A DNA stretch of 64,000 nt from Asterias rubens (Eukaryota), in contig NC_047064.1 of NCBI RefSeq assembly GCF_902459465.1, forward strand, positions 7,750,001 to 7,814,000, given 5' to 3'. The notes beneath the pieces were generated by a model. That model did no database searches and was not told the DNA's origin. It worked only from the letters and a program-made list of their open reading frames with translations. Position 1 is the stretch's first letter. The number at the start of each line of letters is the position of its first letter. Shown here in pieces: positions 50,851-62,085 of the stretch. The position numbers and the translations under genes were made by a program.

Positions 50851-52679
50851 GAATAAAGCCACAAGCCCATGCCACATTTAACTTAACCAGACCAATAACT
50901 GTTCTTCAGATTTTGTACAATTAATTTTATACAGTACACCACTTGGCTTTTGACTTGACCGGCGGTCCCCAAGAAGCCACAGCGCCATTCCATCGATGAC
51001 GCTATTTACATCAGGGTCAGGCTACCAGGTTTCTTTCTAAGCACACAATCATCCCTATCTGTTATATTATAATACCAATTTCTCGCCATGTTGCCACCGG
51101 CGATAAATCGCTTGTTAATCAGTGATTAGAGACGTCGATAAAGCGCCGTGTCGAAGCGGCATATAGTGTGGGTGACCATCGCAGAGTGAGACGCGCCAAC
51201 GGGGCAGGCCGAAGCCAGACGGGGCAGGCCGAAACCAGACGCCCCGGCGAGACTTTGGCGGGAAAAGCCGTCGTGAAAAGAAAACTTATAACCCAGAAAG
51301 TCTTATCACATATTCCGTGCACGTGTTTGTGTTTTTTAATTGGTTGAACGTCTCTCTGCTGCTGATAGGTCAGAATGGCAAGATTTTGAAAATGGTTCAT
51401 AATTGAATTTAATGGTGACTCGGACACGCGTCGATAAACACCTCATTGGGATTAGTGTACAATGATGCAACGAAATAAGTCATCAATTTAGTTCACCATT
51501 AAACCATGGAGCAAAATTTTAATTTGGAGGAACTTTTCTTCCTCCAGAACAGCTAGGCAAAGTTTACAACTCTTGACGTCATTGAAGTATAGGACAACGT
51601 AGGGCGCACTCGACAAGGGGGTCAAGAGAAAGTACTACTGGTCCCCTGTCCCTATCCGTGAGGATACGGACATGTACGGTCCATGTACATGTATACACAT
51701 GTAATGTACGTCGGATTTAACTGCGAATATTATACAGAACAATGAACGTGACGTCAGATGTTCAGGCTAAACAAAAAGTTGCTCGTTGGCCCATCCTGTG
51801 TGCCATGCGGAGGCCTACTGTCACAGCAGCAGCGAGTTCACACAGTTTCATCATCGTTTTACATCGAAGTTGGCGGTGTGTAACAGTGGTGGCGTACCAG
51901 TGAAAACAGGCGTGTGTTTTTGACGGAATTGATGGAAAAACACGTCCACACAAATCATGACCCACGTTTAGTTTTTCCAATCAAAATCATAAGCAGTGGT
52001 TTGCGTTTTTTATGTTTTCAGAAAGAAAAAATAATCAGAAATGGTACTGTTTATAAACATGTTATAACCGTCATGCTTTCACATTGGATTTATTTCTTTA
52101 TAATTTCCAATTATAGACGCACACTACGTAAACGTTTATTTATTCACTGTGGAAAGATAATCGTCATTTTGCTGACTACTTTTAACACTGCCGCCTTGTT
52201 TGTCTCCCAAACTAGAAATAATTAACTCAACATTAATATTTCTTTTACGTGAGAGCAAATAAAAAAGTGACCACCACTTTGATATAAACCAAGCATCGGA
52301 GACTGTCAATAATTGAAGAGGTTACGAACCCCCGGCGGCTGGATACACGCGCGCCATCCGACCTGTGGAATTAGGGCGTATGTCAACGGGGGCGATGGAA
52401 GCCCGTGGCATCAGTGGGCTTGTTGCAGGGGAGCCGCACGTAACGGGGTTAGACGTGGCTCCATTATCGCACCCTTGCGTCAAGTGCCGGATTAGTCGGG
52501 CTGTTGAAGACTTGCAAAGCGTCAAGTGATTTCCCGTGTTGTTGTATTGTTTTATGACGGCAGGCTTTGTGATTTATTCAGGATGTTGTCCTTGTTCTGG
52601 GATTTATTTTTAAAAAAACTCTTTGACCGTTCAATATGTTCTTGAAAGAAGTGAAGTGAAGAACATAAATGGGTCCACA

Positions 52680-52855
52680 TTGTGTCTAAACCCGTAATTT
52701 TGTCTTTCTGGTGATTGTGTCTAAACCCGTAGTTTCGTCTTTCAGGTGATTGTGTCTAAACCCGTAGTTTCGTCTTTCAGGTGATTGTGTCTATACCCTT
52801 AGTTTCGTCTCTCATGTGATTGTGTCTAAACCCGTAGTTTCGTCTTTCTGGTGAT
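52680..52855 (+). repeat. Minisatellite, 5 x 35 bp
   Basis: Unit tgtgtctaaacccgtagtttcgtctttcaggtgat starts at 52681, 52716, 52751, 52786 and 52821. Confidence 0.97.
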
Positions 52856-55410
52856 GCACATAGTTTGTAAACCATCCGAGTTGTAACATCTAGGAAGCTC
52901 CGGGTCTAGAATAAGCGGGTAGAACGTTTTCCGCAGGTCATTGCTCTTTATAGGAATTTCAACATTCGTCTATTCTAGTCGCTAGCTTCCTAATGTTTTT
53001 TTTTTAATGGTTTGGATTTCAAATGAGCTACTGGCATAAGACGAAAGATTATATTTTAAGAGGAAAAGAGACGCTATATTATTTGAAATACCTGGAACGT
53101 ATTCAAGAGCCATGCCCTAAAATACGCTGAACACCAGGGATGAGACTCGGCAAAACATAGTGTGGAAGTTCGTCCAAATACCAGCATTGCCTCAGAACAT
53201 TTCCAATAGCACAAACATTGCCCAGTTAACTGAAAATGGAACGGCTCTTACCATAAAACAAGGCTCTTACACATTAGTCCAGATAAATAACCCCTCGTCC
53301 TCCCCTCTCTTTTTTTTCTCAATAATTGTGTCCCATTATTATGTTCTAGATCTCTAGTCGCGAGTTCAGCCTCATTAAAACCATGTACAGTTTCCCCACG
53401 AAGAAGAAAACAAAATCCCTCTTGCCACGGCGCGCCGAGGCGCGGGGAGCCACGATTTAAGGCTATCCAGAGCCAGCCCGAGTGCCCGATCGTAAATGAC
53501 CTTAAATAAATGTGTATACACACACACACACACGCATTCCGAGTAATAATCTGTAGTAACCGCTCGCGAAGCAGAACAGTCCCGAGATACTCCGGGCGCC
53601 GAAGTGGAGGTTAAGGTATTGGAAAATGATTTTTCACAGATATGTTTATCATTTGCATGGCTCAGTACGATCATTAAGTGCGTGGTGAGGCGCCCGCGAG
53701 ACGCGCACCGAGCAGGGGCTGATTATGAACGGCGGGGGGAGAGGTTCTTCTTGGTATTGTTTGCCAGCTAGACGAGAGGCGGTAAACTCATGTATGTAAA
53801 GGCCAATTAAAAAAAAAATATGTTTACCGTTCTCCCTTTTTGAAACGAAAGGATTTAGACACAAAAAAGAAATTAATGGCCGCTTGACACTTTTTTGAAT
53901 TACAAACGGCTGGGCTTTTTTCCTTTTTTTTTGTGGGGGGGGGGCTAAAATCGTTATAACATAAATGTATTTTACTGTCATAAACAACTAAAAAGGGGGG
54001 GGGGGGGAAGGGAAAAAAAAGAAAGACAAAAAAAGAGGCGGACTATAAAAAGGAAGCGGATGCTAAACATATTTTTATTTTAACATGGCCAAAACGCTTG
54101 ACTGATAAACAGAATCAAAGCGATCAGACGGCACGGCACAGGGATAAAAAAAAAATCGATAATTTTTGGAGGGAGAATACAAAAAATCTCCACTTCACAA
54201 AGCCACTTTGCGAAGCGATGTGTTGAGTGCATTACTATTGTGACGACGGTGTCTCTGGATTTAAGACATGGAATATTTTATATACATCTAGGAAACCAAT
54301 GATTAACAAGTTGCGTGGGGGGGGAATTCAATAGCAAACTTCAAGCAAGCGTCAGTGTGAGAAGAAAAAAAAAAAAGGTAGTGAGGTGAAAACCAAAACC
54401 CACATGCAAGGCTTCGATCCGGGAACCGAACCAGGGGATCAATAAGGTGAAAGACAGGACAATAAACAACTTTGTCAACCTGACTGCCCTGAAAATATAG
54501 AGGAAGAAACAAAAACCCAGAGCAGTAAACAAATGTAAAAGCAGTCTAATAAAGTACTATTGGTTGGATGATACAAAACATAAATGTACTGGCTGCAATA
54601 TCAAAACATTTCAAAATCCAGGTAGCAAGTTGGAGGTGGATTTGTGGTACACCATGGTTGCGCGGCTTGCGCCTCTTGTTGTCAGTTATATTTTGTTCTT
54701 CAGAGAACCGTCTTGTTTTATACTTTTCTACCACGGAGTAGATTTTCTGATTTCGGGAGATATCTCAGTTCTTAACGAACGATACTACTTGGGCGGAAGG
54801 TAGAAAATCACCCGAGACTACTACTTTTGCTTTTTACTTCACTGTAGTCTTGAAATCAAGTCGGTAATTGTTAAGCGCGGTGTGGTCATGGGGACGGTAC
54901 ACTCATCCTCGATCCCAGTATGTGTGTGAGAGTCACCAACGGCCGTTGCATGTGTATACATGTAATCGCACTGTGACTGTGACCGTTGCATGAACGGCAG
55001 AATGTGTGTTAGTAACAAACAGGCAGCGCCTAACGACTTGTCATCAAGTCTAACTTCACTACCGCGGAGTGAGTTCTAAAATTTGTACTAATGTTTCGAC
55101 CAGCTTGCTCTATAGTCATCGTCAGTTGGAGCTTAGAGCAAGTGGTTGGTAGATGTTGATATAGGCACCTCAAAACCTCATCGGTTAACCCATGAAGAAC
55201 ATCGCGGTCAAACCACCACCACAGGGGCACTCTCGCCGTATTACAGCACACTTATACCACAGCATACAACACCACAGCCATTAAACGATAAATTCACATT
55301 GGGCTTCCATGCCGCCTTAACCATTAGTTACGCCGTCTGTATGTTTAGTCACATTAGAACCCGTTGTCTGCATGCGCAGCGCAGCAGACAAGAAATTGGC
55401 TTTTCACTCC

Positions 55411-55750
55411 TTAAAGGCACTGGACACTATCATGCTATTGGTAATTGTTAGCATAAAAACCTACTTGGTAACGAGCAATGGAGGGATGTTCATAATATAA
55501 CACATTGTGAGAATTAAACGGCTCCCTCTGAAGTAACGTAGTTTTTGAGAAAGCGGTAGATTCTCACTGAAATAATAAAAGACTTCAGGCTTAAATAATT
55601 TTATTAGGCATCTGAAAGTTGTTCTTTCCTGTCATTATTCTCTTGAAACTTCGGTGATCAATTGAGTCAAAATTTTACTAGATTTGTTATTTTATGCATA
55701 GTGGGACACACTAAGTGAGAACACTTACCAAAGGTGTCTGGTGCCTTTAC
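55411..55750 (+). mobile_element. Kolobok-like MITE, family A
   Basis: ttaaaggcactggacactat ... ggtgtctggtgccttta. Confidence 0.85.
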
Positions 55751-56359
55751 AGGACTGATACAGCCGTGTGTGCCCTCCGTTATCCCCACGTCGACCGACA
55801 CGCCCGGGCTGCGGCGCACAGCTGGCTATGTTCATTCAAATTAAGCGATTAATTAGGACCCGTCTCCAGATGGCGTATCGGACTAATTATGTCACTGTAC
55901 CTGGTTTTGCTGATGGGGCACGACGTATACGGCGATTTGGCTTCGAGTTGGCTTCTTCTCCTGCCTCGCACAGAGAGAGAGAAAAGGCAACATGTGTGAA
56001 TGTGCTGTTAGTGTTATGGTTTGCTCTGCAAGCCAAATTTGAAAGTTGAAGTTCGTCTGGAGATGTCTTGAAATTTGTACAATTCTTAATTGGATTAAGA
56101 AACTATAGAAGTTTTGAAGTATATTTAAATACTTCTATAGATGTGTTGATGAGACCAAACACTAAGACACCAATAGATCCCAATAGACAAACAATGACTC
56201 AAAATATGCCAAGACCGGGTCCTCCAAACAGCTATGTGGCACCAACATGTATGACCCAAATCTGTTGACCCTTAACGAACCTAATATGGTAAATATTGAC
56301 AAACCACTATCCCTTGTCTGTAGGTAAGGCCCAGGGTTAGTATCTACATGGGATCTAAA

Positions 56360-56895
56360 AATATTGACCATTCATGGCCGAAATCTAAAAAGACTGACCA
56401 TTCATAACCCAAATCTTGAATGATTGATCATTCATGACCCAAATCTAGAAAGATTGACCACTAATGACGCAACTCTGGAAAGACGAACCATTCAAAATCA
56501 CAATAACTGGACTGACCATTCATGACCCATATCTGGAAAGATTGACCCACTTTGACAGAAATCTGAAAAGACCATTCATGACCCAAATCTGGACAATTGA
56601 CCATTGGTGACCCAAATCTAGAAATATTGACCATTCATGACCGAAATCTGAAAAGACTGACCGTTCATAACCCAAATCTGGACGATTGACCATTAATGAC
56701 CCAGATCTAGAAAGATTGACCATTATGACCCAAATCTAGAAAGATTGACCATTCGTGATCCACACAAGGAAATATTGATCATTCATGACCAAATTCTGGA
56801 ATATTTACGACCAAAATATGGAAAAAATTGCCCATTCAAGACCCAAATATAGAAAAAGCTTACCATTCATGGCCAAAATATAGAAGATTGACCAG
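56360..56895 (+). repeat. Minisatellite, about 18 x 30 bp (degenerate)
   Basis: Consensus attgaccattcatgacccaaatctagaaag. Confidence 0.95.
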
Positions 56896-57020
56896 TCATC
56901 AAGTACCATGCTTTTTACATACCCTATAAATCACAATTAGTCAAAACTGACTTGAAAGTGATCAATCCATTCTTGTCACGAGTGTCCATTTATGAACAGA
57001 AATGTGACAAAATCTGGTCC

Positions 57021-57410
57021 TTGAACATCAGGGGGGTTCCGGATTGCAAAGAAATTTTGCTAAAAGTATTTTCTGCTTAACAGATGAAATTGGGCCCCGG
57101 TAAACTTGATTCATCACAAGATACACAAAATGACTTCAACCATCTTCAACATGAGTAGAGTTGTAATGCAAAACAAGAACCAGTGGCTATCCTCAGTCAC
57201 AGGGGCACTTGAACATCAGTGGGGTTCCATGCTAAGACATTTGCTAAAAAGTATTGTCTGCTTAACATATGAAATTGGGCCCCGGTGAACTTGAGTCATC
57301 ACAAGATACACAACATGATTTCAACCATCCTCAACATCAATAGAAATAACAACTAGTGGCTATCGTCACCAGGGGCACTTGAACATCCATCAGAGGGGGG
57401 TTCCATGAAA
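57021..57410 (+). repeat. Tandem duplication, about 2.2 x 170-188 bp
   Basis: ttgaacatc unit starts at 57021, 57209 and 57379; each full unit carries a family D right end (atgaaattgggcccc). Confidence 0.9.
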
Positions 57411-57887
57411 CCTGAAACATCCTCTTCAGCAGGGACCGATGTTTATACCTTCAAGTACACTGTGGATAAAAGTGACATAAAACAGTCAGTACTTGTAAGA
57501 TTTTTAAACATTTTTTTTTAATTAGGTACAATCCTGTACTCATCAACACTATAAACACACTGCATATACACAGTTTCATTAACAAGCTATCTATCATACG
57601 CTGTGTAGACGTTGTGGCTCTTTAGTGACAAGGATATTGTGGAAGAGTAGGGGGGGGGGGGAATCTGATTCTCGATGAAGCGAATGAACCTGAACAAAGT
57701 CTACTCTCCTTAGCCCATGGTCTCTTGGCCCCTACTGAATACAACAGTGTGAGAGAGCTCCGGCGTGTTGATGATGTGCAATCCGAGGGCGGTGAATACA
57801 TACTTTTTGCATGCCGTGTCTCCAACCCTCGTCTGGTTGCTTTAATGGTCTATTTGTTTATAAAATGTGTCTGCGCATCAGCGTAAG

Positions 57888-58190
57888 CACCAATCTCTCT
57901 CGGGAGAAGTTGACTTCCTTTGAGCTGTAGAGGGCATGCGCACAGATAAGACGGTCTTTTATGGAAAATTTTATCCCTTGAATGAGAAAAAGAACCAAGA
58001 CAAATGGGGATGTCAAGCTGGCAACCGCCAATCTCTCTCGGGAGGAATTAACTTCCTTTGAGTGGTAGTGGGGCTGCGCACGGTATAGCAACTGCAGCTG
58101 AGAGGGGTCTTCTCGTGGCATCTCGTATCCCTTGAATAAGAGAAAAAAGCAAGACAAAAGATTTTAGACTGTTGCTGCCAACTTCTTGTG
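57888..58190 (+). repeat. Direct duplication, about 140 bp unit
   Basis: ccaatctctctcgggag...acttcctttgag...tgcgcac...tatcccttgaat...caagacaaa occurs twice. Confidence 0.85.
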
Positions 58191-58699
58191 GGGATGGGAG
58201 AGGGGGGTTCAGTAGTTTGACACAGTTGCTCTCACCTTGGTAAAGCAGGTTTGTATATGTTTCCTTTTTAAAGGGGCATCCAAGGCATTTTCTCCTTGGT
58301 AAAGGGCACCCTATGAGGAAATTGGAAGTTTCTATTGCAATATATTGGAGCATTTCAAGGGCACCAAGGCAATGACCAGGGGGCATGGAGGCATCCCCTT
58401 CATTGCCCCAGTGAAGTACCAGGCCGGGTAAAGGCAACGTATAAACAGGTGAATTGTATGTGATCCAAAAGCATTGCTCCAAAAAGAAGAATTGTTTTTA
58501 CTGTACCTTTTCACTCATTTGTGCAAGAGAAAATCTAAGAATATCTTGCTTAAAAGGCACTCTAAAGCTTGCTTTATAACCAGCACTAAGAACCAGCATG
58601 TGTCCTTACTTTCCAACACATCAAAACAATCTCTTCTGGTCAAATTGTCTTTAACTGTCACAAGTATATCACAAACCCCTCCTCAAAAAAACCCACAAC

Positions 58700-58880
58700 C
58701 CATCTTTGAATCCGCCTCAAACTGTTCCCAATTCCAACTTCCCAAAGCTTTCTTTAAAAATGTCTTTTATTGTCACAAATACATCACCAACCCTTCCAAA
58801 CACATGATCCTCATTTCATCCATCTTTGAATCTGCCTCAAACTGTTCCGAATTCCCACTTCCCCCAAAGCTTTCTTTAAC
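58700..58880 (+). repeat. Direct repeat, about 60 bp with 120-bp period
   Basis: ccatctttgaatc(c/t)gcctcaaactgttcc...caaagctttctttaa at 58700 and 58820. Confidence 0.9.
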
Positions 58881-59279
58881 AAAAATAAAATCAGCGCTGA
58901 TGAGCGTACACATGGCTGCGTTTACGATTAACGGTTAAGAACGTGCCGGAGTGTCTGCACTCTCCGCGTCGACGACGAAAGACGGCCCAGCCAAGACAAC
59001 AAAAGTCAAATCAAATATGAATCAAGCCCCGGCTCTAATGGCATTTTCCCAGAGTCCCAAAATCAAATGAGTGAACTATTTATTTTCCCGCCAAAAGTAC
59101 CCCTGAACCAACAACGATTCGCCTGGCCGACTGCTAGTCTAGCAATCATATTGTATAAACTCAGACGCCACTTTGTGATGCACGCATTAATTTTTCTCTC
59201 CTTGCGATTTAGAGGCAGCTAGAGAGTGAGGATGAGAGAGGAAAGAAGAGAGAGCGGGAGGGGGGGGGGGGGCTCCGAT

Positions 59280-59406
59280 TGATTACAAACATGTAATCCT
59301 CTGATGTAATTGATTAGAGAGAGCAAAGCTAACTACTGTCTGGTAGATTGGTTAGTGATTACAACAACATCGTCTGTTTGTCTGTTGTTACAGACACAGC
59401 AGTCTG
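59280..59406. promoter_or_regulatory. Candidate enhancer: five GTCTG/CAGAC sites plus homeodomain sites
   Basis: GTCTG at 59338, 59372, 59380 and 59402, CAGAC at 59391; TAATCC at 59294; TGATTA three times. Confidence 0.4.
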
Positions 59407-60310
59407 GGGCTGGGATGGAGATGAGGTTGGGAGATGATGGTGACATTTGCAATGATGATGATGATGACAATATCATCAGTTGACTGCAAAACCAGCCATT
59501 TTTGATGGTAATTGTGTCCATCGTCAAGTTTTACAATTTCTCACATCTAATACAGTGGCTCTCCTGTAATTAAAAAAAAAATAGAAAGAGAAAAAGAGTT
59601 GAGCTAAATGGTTGAATAGATAAAGTCTTAGTGGCCCTGGTGAAGCGCCAAATGGCTCATTGCATCTTAATTAAAGATTCATCTTGAAAGTTAACAGCAT
59701 CAAAAGTTAATGAACACTCCACAGAGCAATATATTTTAAACTATTCTCTCTATTAGTCAGGAGTCATTCATATCTTGTTTTGATCAAAGTCACCATGGCT
59801 TTCCCAGTAGTTTGGCTTTGAGATGCTGGAATGGTGGCCATTCACACTTGGATTACTTTACCCCTGATATACCCCAACAAATGGGCATACCCCTGGGAAA
59901 AGCTGCCCCTGCTCTGGAGTAGGGGGTAAGTTGTAAAAACCCTGGGTAATCCTGAAACATGCAGCCAGAACCCTTCGGAATAGGGGCCGAAGTAGGGACA
60001 GTGTGAAAGTGTGCCATGATAACCTTGGGGTTACAAAAAACCTGGGGCCTCCCCAGCTAAATTTCATGGGGGTAAGAGATACAGTGTGAAAAGAAGTTAT
60101 GTACTATGTAGACTGTGTACTGCCACTGTAATAGTAGAATAATCCTACTGTTGCCACAGTCGTTCTTCACTTTCATCCACTGCTTCTTGTCCTCAGCAAG
60201 CATCCTTAGCTCCTTCAGTTTCTTTCAAGATCCCATTCCTGCATCTTTAAGGTCAGACCGAAGAAAACTGAGTACGTTTGAACAATGTAAACCTTTGCGA
60301 GCTTTGTGAC

Positions 60311-60575
60311 GTGTCATGGCCGAGCAGTTAAGAGCACCGGATTCAAGCTCTGGTGTTTGGTCTACAGAGTGTAGGTTCGAGTCCCGGTCGTGACACTTGC
60401 TACGATAAAATTGGGGAGGTAGTGCTTTCTGCTCTACCAGCAAGGCTTCGGATTGATGATACCCAAGCCTACATCCATATGGACTGTAAAAGGGGTAACC
60501 CTGTTTCAGCCCTAGGAGTAGGTGGCAACAGCCTCTGGAAAAAAAAAATTAGCCCACACCTTGAAGGTGCCTGGC
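60311..60575 (+). mobile_element. tRNA-Leu(CAA)-derived SINE
   Basis: A-box tggccgagcagtt, B-box ggttcgagtcc, anticodon arm caccgga-ttcaagc-tctggtg (CAA), terminal stem gtgtcatggc/gtcgtgacac. Runs on into a non-tRNA body, and the cloverleaf is not canonical. Confidence 0.75.
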
Positions 60576-60980
60576 AAGTTGCATAAAAAAAGTAACTTGC
60601 AGTATTTGTTGCTAACGCATAGAATTCAAACTGCCTTCAGACACCAGGTTATAGCTAGGTGGTATAGTGGTAAGATATCTGCAGGCTCTGACAATGCAAT
60701 AGTCGAGTGGTTTGCCTGTGGTTTGCCTGTGGATTTTTTCTTCACAGAACTCGGGAAAGTACTGAGTATACAGTTCTTAATACACATTGGTGGAAGGGTA
60801 AAACAAACTTATAGACTTTGTACCTGCTGGATATGACCAAGGCGAATTCCAAGGCTCTCTGTGCAGGATTGTCCTCTGGCATCAACAGCACACAGCCAAA
60901 CATAAATCACCTTTGTTGGGCCATTTTCATGCAGCCAGTGGTGTTGAGTTGCACATTTTGTACAGTATCTTGTTGGAGAT

Positions 60981-61195
60981 CAGGGCTCAATTTCATAAAG
61001 CTGTTAGGCAGAAAATACTGCTTAGCAAAATGCTTTGCTCAGCAAAAATTGAGTGGGGTATTGAATGTTTCTACAATGTAATATGTTAACTTTATGTAAT
61101 TTTAGCTGGAAACCAGTTTCGGTTAAGATTAACAAAGATTTGTCTATGCTTAGCAATTGTTCCTAGGCTGACAGGTTTTATGAAATTTGGCCCAG
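60981..61195. mobile_element. Family D Harbinger-like MITE
   Basis: cag-ggctcaatttcataaagc ... ttatgaaatttggcc-cag; CAG target duplication intact. Confidence 0.8.
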
Positions 61196-62085
61196 ACTGT
61201 CTGGCCATTGGAGCAGATGGTTCTAAAAACAGGGTTTGATTTTCATGGAGCTAGGCTTGATGGCATTATTACGTATAGTTCTGGTAATGAAACGCAAGGA
61301 TGCCTCACCAGTGAACTTAATCACTTTCACTGTAGCTCACAAGCCTGAGGAAACCTATAAACAAGGTTGCTTGCTAAAAAATTTGAGTTCCCTGGTTGAT
61401 TATACATCAGCGACCATAACCACTACAGCTTGTGACTTGACCCTTGACCCCCACATGGTATAATTAAAGTACAACTTTCTAAACTCACACAAAATTAATA
61501 AAAGCTCTCCTGTCGACAACTGTATTATTCCAATTGCTATAATATTAAATAATGATTTTTTTATAAACTCCTCAAATGCCACGGGGCGTCTCTATCACAT
61601 TTGGCAGAAATCAGCGGGGCATCTTCATAAAGCATTTTCCGAGCCATAGAAACTCAGTGGGGGTTTCTTCTGCGAGGCAGCAATGACTGAGGTCCAGTCA
61701 CGCCTGACGAGCATCAAGTCCGGACCACACAGTGCTCCAGTTTTTAGAAGAAAGAACAAAATAATGGCTCATGTGGGATAAACATGTGCAGGGAAAGTAC
61801 AGGACCCTTTTGAGATGGCGGTGAAATACTGCTTATTAATATTTGTTTCATTATTTGTTATATTTTTTATTTTATTTTCTCTCCACAATTCAATTAATAA
61901 AACACAAAGAGAATCATTCAAACATAACGGTTGTTTGTTGGTGCATGGGGGATAAAGAATATTATAATTTGTGTTTTACCCCTACACTGATGTGTATTAC
62001 AAGCACCTAAACTCAGTACTTTCCCCGAGTTCTATGAACAACATGTACTGAGGATACAGTGCTGTAAAGGTACAACATTTCATAC

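Noticed and set aside
52680-52855. 35-bp repeat array as a CRISPR
   Set aside because: Units are contiguous with no unique spacers, there are no cas genes, and the context is eukaryotic.
56360-56895. Minisatellite as a coding decapeptide repeat (LTIHDPNLER)
   Set aside because: The frame is broken by stops and indels within a few units, and there are no splice signals.
60311-60400. Functional tRNA-Leu gene
   Set aside because: Non-canonical arm lengths and continuation into a repeat body indicate a SINE head.
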